Source of the DNA: Minisyncoccota bacterium
GTDB taxonomy: Bacteria > Patescibacteriota > Minisyncoccia > Phycocordibacterales > UBA9973
DNA: 60,430 bases
Reading direction: 5' to 3'
Assembly (NCBI GenBank): GCA_041664465.1
Contig: JBAYKP010000005.1
Location: forward strand, 1 to 60,430
A program made the position numbers and the translations under genes. Below, piece by piece: positions 25,844-35,692 of this stretch (positions within the stretch are counted from its first letter, which is position 1; the number at the start of each line of letters is the position of its first letter). The notes beneath the pieces are model-generated. The model ran no database searches and was not told the DNA's origin. It saw only the letters and a list, made by a program, of their open reading frames with translations.

Positions 25844-27178
25844 ATGAAAAATAGTAAACCAACCATTTTAATCATAGTGGGGATTACAGGTGACCTTTCG
25901 AAAAGGAAGCTTCTTCCGGCTATTGGGCAAATAGCGATGACTGGTATGATACCCGAGCAGTTCAAAATATTGGGAGTGACTCGTCAGAGTGATATCGTCT
26001 TAGAAAGTTTACTTGGAAGTACTTCCAATAAAGAATATTTGAAAGAAAAGACAGAATTATTTCAAATGAATTTAGATGAAGTAGAAGATTATAAAAATTT
26101 AGAAAATAAATTAAAAGAGATAGAGAAAGAGTTCGGAGAAAAAGCTCAATATTTATTTTATCTTTCTGTGCCACCAGTAACATCTAAATCCATTATAAAG
26201 TTGATAGGAGAATCTGGACTTTCTAAAAGAGATGGCACGAAGCTTTTACTCGAGAAGCCTTTCGGGACTGATCTAGAAAGTGCCAAAGATTTGAGCTCTC
26301 ATATAGATAAGTATTTTAGAGTAGATCAAATTTATCGCATTGACCATTATATGGCGAAGGAGACAGCTCAGAATATAATAGTTTTCAGAGAAGGGAATTC
26401 TCTTTTTAAGAGGACTTGGAATAAAGATTTCATAAGTAGGATAGAAGTCACGGTTAGCGAAGAAATAGGAATAGAGGGCAGAGCAAACTTTTATGAACAG
26501 ACAGGAGCCCTACGTGACTTGATTCAAAGCCATCTTCTTCAATTACTCGCTTTAACTTTGATGGAAATACCTGAAGAAGAAGAAATGGGTGAAGTACCTA
26601 GATTGCGTTATGAAGCACTAAGTAAACTTCACATTAAAGAAGGAGGATCTTTGTCTTCAAATACTAAGAGGGGGCAATATAAAGGTTATAGAGAAGAGGT
26701 AGGGAACCAGATGAGTATGGTGGAGACTTTCGCCTCTATTGATCTAGAATCTAGTGACGTGAAATGGCAAGGAGTAGAGATCAATCTAACGACAGGTAAG
26801 GCCCTCAAAGATAAATTTACAGAAATTAAAATTTTATATAAAAAGGGACACGATCATGAGTCCAATGAATTGCTTTTGCGTCTTCAGCCAGATGAGGGGA
26901 TATCTTTCTCCGTCTGGGCGAAACGTCCAGGATATGAGCATCAAGTAAGCAAGCACGCTTTGAATTTTTCTTTTAAAGATCACTATACAGCTTTACCCGA
27001 AGCTTATGAACAAGTACTTTTCAATGCAATGAATGGGGATCATAGTCTCTTCTCATCTAGTGAAGAAGTAATAGAGACGTGGCGTATATTAGACGAATTA
27101 CAGAAAGCATGGGCTACTTCAACCTATGATTTAATCATTTACAAGAAAGGTAGTATAATTAGTGAGATTATTAGTTAA
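25844..27178 (+). CDS. zwf: Glucose-6-phosphate 1-dehydrogenase
   Basis: GITGDLSKRKLLPA, EKPFGTDLESA, RIDHYMAKE. Confidence 0.9.
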   Translation: MKNSKPTILIIVGITGDLSKRKLLPAIGQIAMTGMIPEQFKILGVTRQSDIVLESLLGSTSNKEYLKEKTELFQMNLDEVEDYKNLENKLKEIEKEFGEKAQYLFYLSVPPVTSKSIIKLIGESGLSKRDGTKLLLEKPFGTDLESAKDLSSHIDKYFRVDQIYRIDHYMAKETAQNIIVFREGNSLFKRTWNKDFISRIEVTVSEEIGIEGRANFYEQTGALRDLIQSHLLQLLALTLMEIPEEEEMGEVPRLRYEALSKLHIKEGGSLSSNTKRGQYKGYREEVGNQMSMVETFASIDLESSDVKWQGVEINLTTGKALKDKFTEIKILYKKGHDHESNELLLRLQPDEGISFSVWAKRPGYEHQVSKHALNFSFKDHYTALPEAYEQVLFNAMNGDHSLFSSSEEVIETWRILDELQKAWATSTYDLIIYKKGSIISEIIS

Positions 27179-27188
27179 CTATAAATTT

Positions 27189-27584
27189 ATGAAAAAAGGA
27201 TACAAAGAGAATATAGAAAGTTTAACAGTAGGGAATACTAATTTCCGTAAAGTGCTTTATACAGGAGCACATTGTCAGCTTGTGCTTATGAGTTTATTAC
27301 CAAATGAAGAAATAGGTATGGAAGTGCATGGAGACAATGATCAGTTTTTCCGATTTGAGAGTGGTACGGGTAAGGTAATAATAAATGAGACAGAATATGA
27401 AGTTAAAGATGGCGATGCGGTCATCGTGCCTAGTGGGGCCAATCACAATGTAGTAGCAGGAGACCAAGGACTTAAAATGTATACTATTTATAGTCCTGCT
27501 CATCATAAAGATGGTATTGTACGCGAGACTAAAGCTATAGCAGAAGCAAATGAAGCAGAGTTTGAAGGAGTAACAACAGAATAA
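27189..27584 (+). CDS. Cupin-domain protein
   Basis: HGDNDQFFRFESG...GDAVIVPSGANHN is a two-motif cupin core. The ATG at 27189 is preferred. Confidence 0.65.
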   Translation: MKKGYKENIESLTVGNTNFRKVLYTGAHCQLVLMSLLPNEEIGMEVHGDNDQFFRFESGTGKVIINETEYEVKDGDAVIVPSGANHNVVAGDQGLKMYTIYSPAHHKDGIVRETKAIAEANEAEFEGVTTE

Positions 27585-27588
27585 TAAA

Positions 27589-28746
27589 ATGATAGGACTT
27601 ATTTATAGAAAAATTATTAAGCCCATACTGTTTAAATTTCCGGCGGATGATGTCCACAACTTTTTCTTAAAGTCTGGAAATTATTTAGGGCGCAAGAAAT
27701 TCATGAAGAATTTTCTACGTTCTATTTTTGTATATGAAAATGCGAGTTTAGAGCAGAAAGTTTTGAGTTTACCGAAGCAAGGCTTCGGTGGAATTTCATT
27801 TAAGAATCCTGTTGGATTGGCAGCTGGCTTTGATTATGATGCTGATCTTATAAATGTACTCCCTTCAGTTTCGTTCGGATTTCACACTATTGGATCTGTT
27901 ACTTACTTACCTTATGCTGGCAATCCGGCTCCTATGCTTGGTAGGCTTCCTAAATCAAAGTCGCTATTAGTGAATAAAGGTTTCAAAAGTATGGGAATGG
28001 AATCTGTTTTAAATAAAATTAGTGAGTCGCTTCGAGAGCGACCCGCCGAGGAGGCGGGTATTCCTCTTGGCATAAGCATTGGTTCTACTAATCAACAATA
28101 CAAGAAGATAGAAGATATGGCAGATGATGTATGTGCCTCTTTTGCCCTTGCTCTAGAGACTTCTTACTTTGACTATTTTGAATTGAACATTTCTTGCCCC
28201 AATCTTATAAATGTAGAGAATTTAAAAGAGAAGTTTGATGACCATATTGGCTTCTCAATACTTTTAAATAAATTATCATACTTGAATATCAATAAGCCAT
28301 TGTTTATAAAAATGCACGCAGAGAAAAGTGTAGAGGAAACATTAGCTTTGCTTGAAATTGCCAAGAATTATAAATGGGTCTCTGGGGTTACAATGTCTAA
28401 TCTTGTGAAGAATAGAGCAAATCCTAATTTAGATAAAGAAGAAGTAAGGCTAGCAGGTAAGGGTAACTTTAGTGGTAAGCCTACAGAAGAGCTTGCCAAT
28501 AATCTCATAAGTGCTGTGTATGAAAAGTATAAAGATAGATTTATAATTATCGGCTGTGGAGGAATATTTACAGGGGCGGATGCTTATGAAAAGATTAAAA
28601 GGGGAGCGACTCTTGTGCAGATGATTACGGGGATGATATATGAAGGTCCGAGCGTGATAGGGAAGATAAATAAAGATTTAGTTAAACTTCTCAAAAAAGA
28701 TGGATATAAAAATATAAGTGAAGCTATTGGTGCGTATCATAAATAG
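27589..28746 (+). CDS. pyrD: Dihydroorotate dehydrogenase (class-2-like N-terminus)
   Basis: NPVGLAAGFD, ELNISCPN, IIGCGGI motifs. Contains a GC-rich in-frame hairpin segment (see findings). Confidence 0.85.
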   Translation: MIGLIYRKIIKPILFKFPADDVHNFFLKSGNYLGRKKFMKNFLRSIFVYENASLEQKVLSLPKQGFGGISFKNPVGLAAGFDYDADLINVLPSVSFGFHTIGSVTYLPYAGNPAPMLGRLPKSKSLLVNKGFKSMGMESVLNKISESLRERPAEEAGIPLGISIGSTNQQYKKIEDMADDVCASFALALETSYFDYFELNISCPNLINVENLKEKFDDHIGFSILLNKLSYLNINKPLFIKMHAEKSVEETLALLEIAKNYKWVSGVTMSNLVKNRANPNLDKEEVRLAGKGNFSGKPTEELANNLISAVYEKYKDRFIIIGCGGIFTGADAYEKIKRGATLVQMITGMIYEGPSVIGKINKDLVKLLKKDGYKNISEAIGAYHK

Positions 28747-28787
28747 ATAAAAAGAAAGAGCCGTTTTACGTGCTCAATCCAATTTTT

Positions 28788-29093
28788 TTAGACAAGTGTT
28801 GTAGAAAATGTTACTTTTTCGGCTTCTATTTTCTCAGAGATACGATTTATAATTTTCTGAGTTTTAATAATTGGTATTTCTTTCTGGAAAATTACATGCA
28901 TTTTTTCTTCCTTTTCCTCTTTAAGAATTCTGGCAAGAGTTAGAATCTTGCTCTGGAATTTGCAATGAAAGAATCTTACGCGATACTCAGTTAGACTTAA
29001 ATTTTCTTTTAGGTCATTTTCTTTTGTGGCATAAGAAACATTATTTTCTACACAACCGAAATTTGTAATAATCAACACTAATTCTTTTTTCAT
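28788..29093 (-). CDS. Hypothetical protein
   Basis: 101-aa ORF with no recognisable motif. Confidence 0.4.
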   Translation of the reverse strand: MKKELVLIITNFGCVENNVSYATKENDLKENLSLTEYRVRFFHCKFQSKILTLARILKEEKEEKMHVIFQKEIPIIKTQKIINRISEKIEAEKVTFSTTLV

Positions 29094-29204
29094 AATTTTC
29101 TTTTTATTAAGAAATTAAACATTTATTTTTCACTTATATTATAAGCATTTTTGGGGGAAAAGTCAATAGTTGGGGATAAAAGGCTATATTGATATAATAT
29201 TCCT

Positions 29205-29819
29205 ATGGTAGTAAACCAAAAAGCAAAAACCAAAAAGCAAAGACCTACTCTATATACTGGCCGAGGGGATAGTGGCACGACGACGCTTTTTCATTGCGAC
29301 CAAGGGAGGATTTCCAAAAGTGCTGATATTATAGAAGCCTTAGGCAGTCTCGATGAACTCAATGCTTATATAGGCATTGTTAAAGTTTACGCCAATATAG
29401 AGCAGATGAAGTTAGTAGTGAATTCTCGAAAGAGAATTTTATACAGTGATATTTTAGATGGTATACAGCAGACTCTTTTCATTATTCAAGCTGAATTAGC
29501 TGGCTCAGATATGACAGTGGGGAAGAAAGATTTGGACAATATAGAAGGCATCATAAAATATATTAGTGATTTACTTCCGCCTATTACTTCCTTTACTGTT
29601 TCGGGGGGAAGTGTGTTGAGTGCCGAGCTTGATTATACTCGAACTCTTGCCAGGAGATGCGAGAGAAGAATCATAGCAGTTGTAGATGGAGGAGAAAAGA
29701 AAATGGGGAAAGTCACTATCGCATATCTCAATCGCTTATCATCTATTCTTTTCGCAATGTCTCGCTATGCGAACCACGCCCTCTCTATACAAGAAGAGCA
29801 TCCGAAATACAATAAATAA
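29205..29819 (+). CDS. PduO-type ATP:cob(I)alamin adenosyltransferase
   Basis: YTGRGDSGTTTLF N-terminal motif and a helical-bundle remainder. Confidence 0.8.
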   Translation: MVVNQKAKTKKQRPTLYTGRGDSGTTTLFHCDQGRISKSADIIEALGSLDELNAYIGIVKVYANIEQMKLVVNSRKRILYSDILDGIQQTLFIIQAELAGSDMTVGKKDLDNIEGIIKYISDLLPPITSFTVSGGSVLSAELDYTRTLARRCERRIIAVVDGGEKKMGKVTIAYLNRLSSILFAMSRYANHALSIQEEHPKYNK

Positions 29820-29832
29820 ATTTGAATTTACC

Positions 29833-29917
29833 CTCTCTCCTTTGCAAGGAGAGAGTTGGAGAGAGGTTCCTGATTAATTAAGAACCTCTCCTCGGTCCTC
29901 TCCTTAGTAAGGAGAGG
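29833..29917. repeat. Array of three consecutive hairpins built on a CTCTCC/GGAGAG core
   Basis: ctctctcct-ttgca-aggagagag, gagaggttc-(12 nt)-gaacctctc, and cctctcctt-agt-aaggagagg. Confidence 0.85.
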
Positions 29918-29958
29918 AGGAATTCGTGCCTAATTTAATTCCGTAGTATATTAGAGGG

Positions 29959-30504
29959 ATGGATGAAGATCAGATTCTGATACAAAGATACTTAGACGGC
30001 GATGAAAATTCTCTGAAAATGCTTATAGATAAGTATACTTCTTCTGTATATAACTTCACTTCACGTTTTGTGAAAGATACAGAAAGGGAAGATATAGTTC
30101 AAGAAGTTTTCATTAAAGTTTGGAAGAAACTGGATAGTTTTGATAAAGAAAAATCTCAATTTAAAACTTGGCTTTTTATTATTGCACGAAATACAATGAC
30201 CGATTACTTGAGAAAGAGGAAAATTATACTTTTCTCCTCTCTTGATAATGAAGAGGAAAGTTTCGCCGAGAATATAGAAGACGAAATAATTTTGCCAGAT
30301 CAAGCACTACAAAAATTACAAGACAAAGAATTACTAGATAAAATTCTTTCTGAACTTAGAGATGAATACAAGACGGTCCTAATGCTTCATTATCAAGAAG
30401 ATATGAGCTTCAAAGAAATAGGAGAAGTTCTCGGTAAGCCTATGAATACTGTGAAAAGCTATCATCAGAGAGCTCTTAAAATTTTGCACCAAAAGTTACA
30501 ATAG
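29959..30504 (+). CDS. ECF sigma factor
   Basis: Regions 2 and 4 are recognisable (DIVQEVFIKVWKKL; MSFKEIGEVLGKPMNTVKSYHQRALKIL). Confidence 0.85.
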   Translation: MDEDQILIQRYLDGDENSLKMLIDKYTSSVYNFTSRFVKDTEREDIVQEVFIKVWKKLDSFDKEKSQFKTWLFIIARNTMTDYLRKRKIILFSSLDNEEESFAENIEDEIILPDQALQKLQDKELLDKILSELRDEYKTVLMLHYQEDMSFKEIGEVLGKPMNTVKSYHQRALKILHQKLQ

Positions 30505-30522
30505 CTTCGTATATATAAATGT

Positions 30523-30921
30523 ATGGATGAAAATCTATCAAAATTATTAAAACAAGCTAAGAATTATCCGAAAACAGGGCTTCCGGATGATGTTTGGCGT
30601 GCCATCCAAATTAAGCAAACAAAAAGCTTGAAGAGAGAATCCTTTATATATAGTATTGTGGGGATTTTGTCTTTAGGTGGTTTTGTCTTTGTATCGTTAT
30701 CTTTGAAAAAGCAATTTAGTACCTCTGGATTTTTCCAGTATGTATCTTTGATTTTCTCAGACGGCAATCTCTTGGCAACTTATTGGAAGGAGTATTTACT
30801 TACTCTTACTGATTCACTTCCAGTGGCAAGTCTGGGAGCGTTCACTTTCTTATTAGTGTCTATGCTCATCTCTCTTAAAAAAGTTATTCATCAGTATAAG
30901 TACAAATTATCAATAAATTAA
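30523..30921 (+). CDS. Putative anti-sigma membrane protein
   Basis: Follows the ECF sigma gene. Short cytoplasmic N-terminus and several TM helices. Confidence 0.45.
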   Translation: MDENLSKLLKQAKNYPKTGLPDDVWRAIQIKQTKSLKRESFIYSIVGILSLGGFVFVSLSLKKQFSTSGFFQYVSLIFSDGNLLATYWKEYLLTLTDSLPVASLGAFTFLLVSMLISLKKVIHQYKYKLSIN

Positions 30922-30926
30922 TAAAT

Positions 30927-31448
30927 ATGAAAATAAATCAAATAAAAGAAAAATTAAATAAAATTGTAGAATCTAAGAATTTTATAAAAATAATTTATAT
31001 ACTAGGGGCTGTCTTTATATTTGCCCTTATATTCCAAGCTGGAATGATGGTTGGATTTAGGAAAGCTTCTTTTAGTCGTGACTGGGGTAATAATTATGAA
31101 AGGAACTTTGGCCCTAATCGTGAGATTCCTCGTTTCCTAAGAGATGGAATGAGAGATATCCCCAATGCCAATGGAGCAATAGGCCAAATAATAAAAGTAG
31201 AATTTCCAAATATTACAGTACTAGATAAAGACCAGACGGAGAAAGTTGTGATTATAAAAGATGATACTAATATTTTAGAAAGGAAAGATATTGTCAGTAA
31301 GGAGAATTTAAAAGTTGATCAATTTATTATAGTTATAGGTAGTCCAAATGGAAATGGGCAGATAGAAGCAAAACTTATAAGAATAATGCCAAATCCAGAA
31401 GAAATGATAAAGCTCAATATGAATGGATTTAATAGCAAGAATATATAA
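30927..31448 (+). CDS. Hypothetical single-pass membrane protein
   Basis: One TM helix (IIYILGAVFIFALIF). Confidence 0.45.
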   Translation: MKINQIKEKLNKIVESKNFIKIIYILGAVFIFALIFQAGMMVGFRKASFSRDWGNNYERNFGPNREIPRFLRDGMRDIPNANGAIGQIIKVEFPNITVLDKDQTEKVVIIKDDTNILERKDIVSKENLKVDQFIIVIGSPNGNGQIEAKLIRIMPNPEEMIKLNMNGFNSKNI

Positions 31449-31450
31449 TT

Positions 31451-33055
31451 ATGAATAATCAAACATTTCTACAAAAAATCAAATCTTTTATTTCCAATCA
31501 TAAAATTTGGAGCATTATTATACTTATCGTTCTTGTATATGCTTCTTATTATTTTGTATTTAAAGCGAAAGCTAGTACAGAGATAAGGTATATGACGAGC
31601 ACAGTTAGCAAGGGCAATATAATAGTCTCTGTTTCGGGTAGTGGCCAGATAGAATCAAGCGACACGGTAACTATAAATGCTAAAACAACAGGGGATGTCG
31701 TGTCTGTTCCTGTAAAAGTTGGACAAATTGTAAGTAAAGGAACATTAATTGCAAGTATTGATTCTACGGATGCAAGAATTGCTCTTGAAACAGCACAACT
31801 CTCTTTGGATAAATTAAAAAAGCCGAACACTCTAACTGTTCTTCAAAAAGAAAATTCTTTAAAAAAGATTTATGATGATTCTTGGAATAATATGTCTTCT
31901 TTTATTTCTGATATGAATACTGTTATTACAGGACTTGAAAGTTTAAATAATGGATATTTAGGTTATCAAAATAGATATCAACTTGGTAATATAGGCAAAG
32001 ACAAATTAGATATTTCAGAAAATGCGTATTGGAATGCCAAGAAAAGTTATGATGCAACTGTAGTCTATTATAAAAGTTTAGATAGATCAGTATCAAATGA
32101 AGATATAGATAAATTAATGAATCAAGCTTTAAATACAGCAAAAGTTATCTCAAATACAGTGAAGCTTACTCAAGCAAGTTTTGATTTTACTTATAATTAT
32201 TTAGATCAGAGTGGCACAAATACAGTCACAAGTAACCAGACGAATTTAACTGCGTGGGCAAATACGACGAATGGGTATGTGAATAGTATTATTTCAAGCT
32301 TAAATACAAATGCAGAAACTCTCCAATCACTCAAGGAAGCTTTATCTCCTGCAGATGAACTTGATATCCGTCAAGCGGAATTAAATGTTGAAACAAAACA
32401 AAATACATTGAATGATTGTTTTATTCGTGCTCCTTTCGATGGTATCATTGCGACTCTTACTGCAAAAGTTGGGCAAACTGCAAGTGGAAGTATTGGAACT
32501 TTAATTGCGAAACAAAAAATAGTAAAAATAGCACTTAATGAAGTAGATATAGCAAAAATAAAATTAGGACAAAAAGCAACACTGACTTTTGACGCAATAG
32601 AAGGACTTACTATTACTGGTTCTGTGGATGGTATAGATTCAGTGGGAACTGTTTCTTCGGGTGTAGTTACTTACAATGTGACTATTGTGCTTGACGTTGA
32701 TGATGCTCGAGTGAAGCCTGGTATGAGTGTCTCTGCAAGTATTATAACTAATACAGCGGGGGATGTATTAATTGTACCAAGTAGTGCTATCAAGACTCAA
32801 AATGGGGTAAGCTATATAGAAGTATTTAGTATTTCACTTGTACCTGCTACCCAAGGGGTTTCAGGTTCTACTTCAGCCACTTTGCCTAATAAAGTAGAAG
32901 TTACTGTTGGACTAGTTGATGATACAAACTCAGAAATTCTAGGAGGATTAAAAGTCGGAGATATTATAGTAACGAAAACAATTACGGCGACAGCAACGAA
33001 GGCTACAACAGCTCCAAGTATTTTAGGTTCAGTTGGAGGAAATAGAAAATTTTAA
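31451..33055 (+). CDS. HlyD/MacA-family periplasmic adaptor
   Basis: N-terminal anchor, lipoyl-like halves flanking a long coiled coil, and a beta-barrel (IRAPFDGIIA). Upstream of a MacB-type ABC pair. Confidence 0.75.
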   Translation: MNNQTFLQKIKSFISNHKIWSIIILIVLVYASYYFVFKAKASTEIRYMTSTVSKGNIIVSVSGSGQIESSDTVTINAKTTGDVVSVPVKVGQIVSKGTLIASIDSTDARIALETAQLSLDKLKKPNTLTVLQKENSLKKIYDDSWNNMSSFISDMNTVITGLESLNNGYLGYQNRYQLGNIGKDKLDISENAYWNAKKSYDATVVYYKSLDRSVSNEDIDKLMNQALNTAKVISNTVKLTQASFDFTYNYLDQSGTNTVTSNQTNLTAWANTTNGYVNSIISSLNTNAETLQSLKEALSPADELDIRQAELNVETKQNTLNDCFIRAPFDGIIATLTAKVGQTASGSIGTLIAKQKIVKIALNEVDIAKIKLGQKATLTFDAIEGLTITGSVDGIDSVGTVSSGVVTYNVTIVLDVDDARVKPGMSVSASIITNTAGDVLIVPSSAIKTQNGVSYIEVFSISLVPATQGVSGSTSATLPNKVEVTVGLVDDTNSEILGGLKVGDIIVTKTITATATKATTAPSILGSVGGNRKF

Positions 33056-33058
33056 TTT

Positions 33059-33763
33059 ATGATTGAGATAAAAAATATAAAAAAAGCGTATCAAACAGAA
33101 GGGGAACCCTTTGAAGCTTTGAAAGGAGTAAGCTTCTCAATCAATGATGGCGAATTTGTAGCTATTATGGGCCCATCGGGATCGGGCAAGTCTACTCTTA
33201 TGCATATCTTAGGAGCCCTAGATAGCCCGACGGGAGGTACTTATTTACTAGATGGCAAAGATGTCTCTACTTTATCAGATGACGAATTAGCTGATATAAG
33301 AAAAGATAAAATTGGCTTCGTTTTTCAATCTTTCAATTTATTACCTCGCACTACAGTTCTTCGTAATGTCGTCTTACCACTTATTTATGAAGGAGTTGCA
33401 GGAGTAGAGAGAATAGAACGCGCCAAGAAAGCACTTCTAGATAGTGGTCTTGAAGAAACTCACTTTACGCATTTATCCAATCAGCTCTCAGGTGGCCAGA
33501 TACAACGTGTCGCAATTGCTCGGGCACTTGTGAATAATCCAACTTTGATTCTTGCTGATGAACCAACAGGAAACTTGGATACAAGAACAGGGGAGATAGT
33601 TCTTGGAACTTTTCAAAGATTAAACAAAGAACAAGGACGTACAATCATCTTGATTACTCATGAGCATGATGTTGCCTTACACGCTGATCGTATTATAACT
33701 GTTCGTGACGGACTCATTATTAGTGATGATAAAATGCATACGAAGAAAATAATTAAATTATAA
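33059..33763 (+). CDS. MacB/LolD-type ABC transporter ATP-binding protein
   Basis: [35 protein letters not shown]. Confidence 0.9.
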   Translation: MIEIKNIKKAYQTEGEPFEALKGVSFSINDGEFVAIMGPSGSGKSTLMHILGALDSPTGGTYLLDGKDVSTLSDDELADIRKDKIGFVFQSFNLLPRTTVLRNVVLPLIYEGVAGVERIERAKKALLDSGLEETHFTHLSNQLSGGQIQRVAIARALVNNPTLILADEPTGNLDTRTGEIVLGTFQRLNKEQGRTIILITHEHDVALHADRIITVRDGLIISDDKMHTKKIIKL

Positions 33764-33767
33764 TTAT

Positions 33768-34988
33768 ATGAAAACAAAAGATATTTTAGAAGAAACATTT
33801 ATGGCACTTTCAAGTAATAAGATTCGCTCAGGATTGACGATGCTTGGAATTATTATCGGTATCGCTTCAGTCATCGCAATGACGGCTATCGGTACAGGGG
33901 CAGAGAATTCTATCTCGGCTTCCATACAATCTATTGGTTCCAATCTTATTATTGTTTCTCCGGGAGCTCCACGTGGCGTAGGGCAACAGGTGAGTCAAGG
34001 CCGTGGCGGAGCCAAGACTCTAACACTAGCAGATGTGGAATCTTTAAAATCTATTAATGGAGTGAAGGCAGTTACTGCTGAAGTATCTAGTCGTTTACAA
34101 GTGACAGCCAAGGGGATGAATACCAATACTACTGTAGATGGAGTGACTCCTGACTATACTCTCGTTCGTAATTTGGAAGTGGATACAGGGACTTTTATTA
34201 CAGACCAGAATAATCAAAGTGGAGCAAAAGTTGCCGTGGTGGGGCCGACTGTTGTCACGGATCTTTTCGGAGATGGAGCCACGGATGTCATAGGACAGAC
34301 AATAAAAATTAAAAATAATCAATTTAAAATAATTGGGGTAACGAAAGCAAAGGGTGGTACTGGTTTTCAAAATCCGGATGATATGATTTATATACCACTT
34401 ACTACGGCACAGCGTTACTTCTCAGGGGATCAATATGTAAATTCTATAAGCGTTGCTGCTACTGGGTCTGATATGACGACAGCAGTCCAAGCGGAGATAA
34501 CTTCGATTCTTTTAACTCGTCATAATAAGGATGAAAGTTCTGCTGACTTCTCAACTATGAATCAAGCAGATATTATAGCCACGGCTTCTTCTATTACAGG
34601 TACATTTACAATGTTGCTTTCTGCTATTGCTGGGATTTCTCTATTGGTTGGTGGAATTGGGATTATGAATATGATGCTGACTTCCGTTACAGAGAGAACA
34701 CGTGAGATAGGCTTAAGGAAAGCGATAGGAGCGAAAAGAAGAGATGTGAATATACAATTCTTAGTAGAAGCAGTGATGCTTACATTTATTGGTGGAGTTA
34801 TAGGTGTGATCTTGGGGTGGGGAGTATCGTTTGGTATAACGAAACTTGGGATACTAGAAGCACAAGTATCTATATCGTCAGTATTATTAGCGTTTGGTGT
34901 TTCGGCTTTTATTGGAATTGTTTTCGGTTATTATCCAGCACAACGTGCTTCAAAATTAAATCCAATTGAAGCACTCCGATACGAGTAA
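33768..34988 (+). CDS. MacB-type ABC permease (FtsX-like fold)
   Basis: TM1, a large periplasmic domain, then three C-terminal TM helices (GGIGIMNMML, REIGLRKAIGA). Confidence 0.85.
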   Translation: MKTKDILEETFMALSSNKIRSGLTMLGIIIGIASVIAMTAIGTGAENSISASIQSIGSNLIIVSPGAPRGVGQQVSQGRGGAKTLTLADVESLKSINGVKAVTAEVSSRLQVTAKGMNTNTTVDGVTPDYTLVRNLEVDTGTFITDQNNQSGAKVAVVGPTVVTDLFGDGATDVIGQTIKIKNNQFKIIGVTKAKGGTGFQNPDDMIYIPLTTAQRYFSGDQYVNSISVAATGSDMTTAVQAEITSILLTRHNKDESSADFSTMNQADIIATASSITGTFTMLLSAIAGISLLVGGIGIMNMMLTSVTERTREIGLRKAIGAKRRDVNIQFLVEAVMLTFIGGVIGVILGWGVSFGITKLGILEAQVSISSVLLAFGVSAFIGIVFGYYPAQRASKLNPIEALRYE

Positions 34989-35105
34989 AGTAATTAAGAA
35001 TTACGAATTAAATAAAAATTACTGAATATAAGAACCCCCCCCTTAATTAATAAGATTTATTAGTATTTGGAATTTATATTCAATTATGATATCCTTTATA
35101 TAGGT

Positions 35106-35321
35106 ATGAAAATTATCTTTACTGATCATGCAAAAGAAAGAGTAAAAGAAAGGGGAATTCTAGTTTCAGATATAAAAAAAGCAGTTAAATTACCCACATC
35201 TCATCTTTGGTCATACTTTCCAACTATAAAAATTCAGAAGATTATTAATGGGAAAACATTAGAAATTATTTATGAACAAAAAGGTCAAATTATTATCATA
35301 ATCACAGCATATTATTTATGA
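35106..35321 (+). CDS. DUF4258-family protein (toxin-like)
   Basis: MKIIFTDHAKERVKERGI is the typical DUF4258 start. It overlaps the next gene by 4 nt. Confidence 0.6.
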   Translation: MKIIFTDHAKERVKERGILVSDIKKAVKLPTSHLWSYFPTIKIQKIINGKTLEIIYEQKGQIIIIITAYYL

Positions 35322-35539
35322 ATACAAAATACGATAAAATAGCAGATGCATTATATATGCGTTTTAATAAAGGTAAAATTGCCAAGACTCTTCGTCTTGA
35401 TGATAGATTGATAGTTGATTTAGATAGTAAATCAAATGTTTTAGGAGTTGAACTTTTAAATGCAAAATCTCAACTTGCTCCAACTCTCACAAAACAATTT
35501 ATAAAAACTCCAAAAAGTGATTCATTAGTTTTTGCATAA
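35318..35539 (+). CDS. DUF2283-family protein (antitoxin-like)
   Basis: YDKIADALYMRF...VDLDSKSNVLGVELLNA is the typical DUF2283 pattern. Confidence 0.6.
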   Translation: MNTKYDKIADALYMRFNKGKIAKTLRLDDRLIVDLDSKSNVLGVELLNAKSQLAPTLTKQFIKTPKSDSLVFA

Positions 35540-35594
35540 AGTAAAATAATAAAAATACAAGAAAATCCCCTTAATTAAGAGGATTTTCTTGTTA

Positions 35595-35624
35595 TTGACA
35601 GAATAGGCTTATTCGTGATATAAT
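35595..35624 (+). promoter_or_regulatory. Consensus sigma-70 promoter upstream of the DGR target gene
   Basis: TTGACA (35595-35600), an 18-nt spacer ending in TGa, then TATAAT (35619-35624). Confidence 0.55.
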
Positions 35625-35692
35625 ATAAACAAGGTAAAGGTCTAGCCTAATAAATAGACTTTTTTGTTTTTTTTAATTTTAAAATAAACGTT

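Noticed and set aside
29686-29877. 63-aa plus-strand ORF overlapping the end of the PduO-type gene and the hairpin array.
   Set aside because: It is out of frame within a conserved gene and continues through repeat hairpins, so it is spurious.
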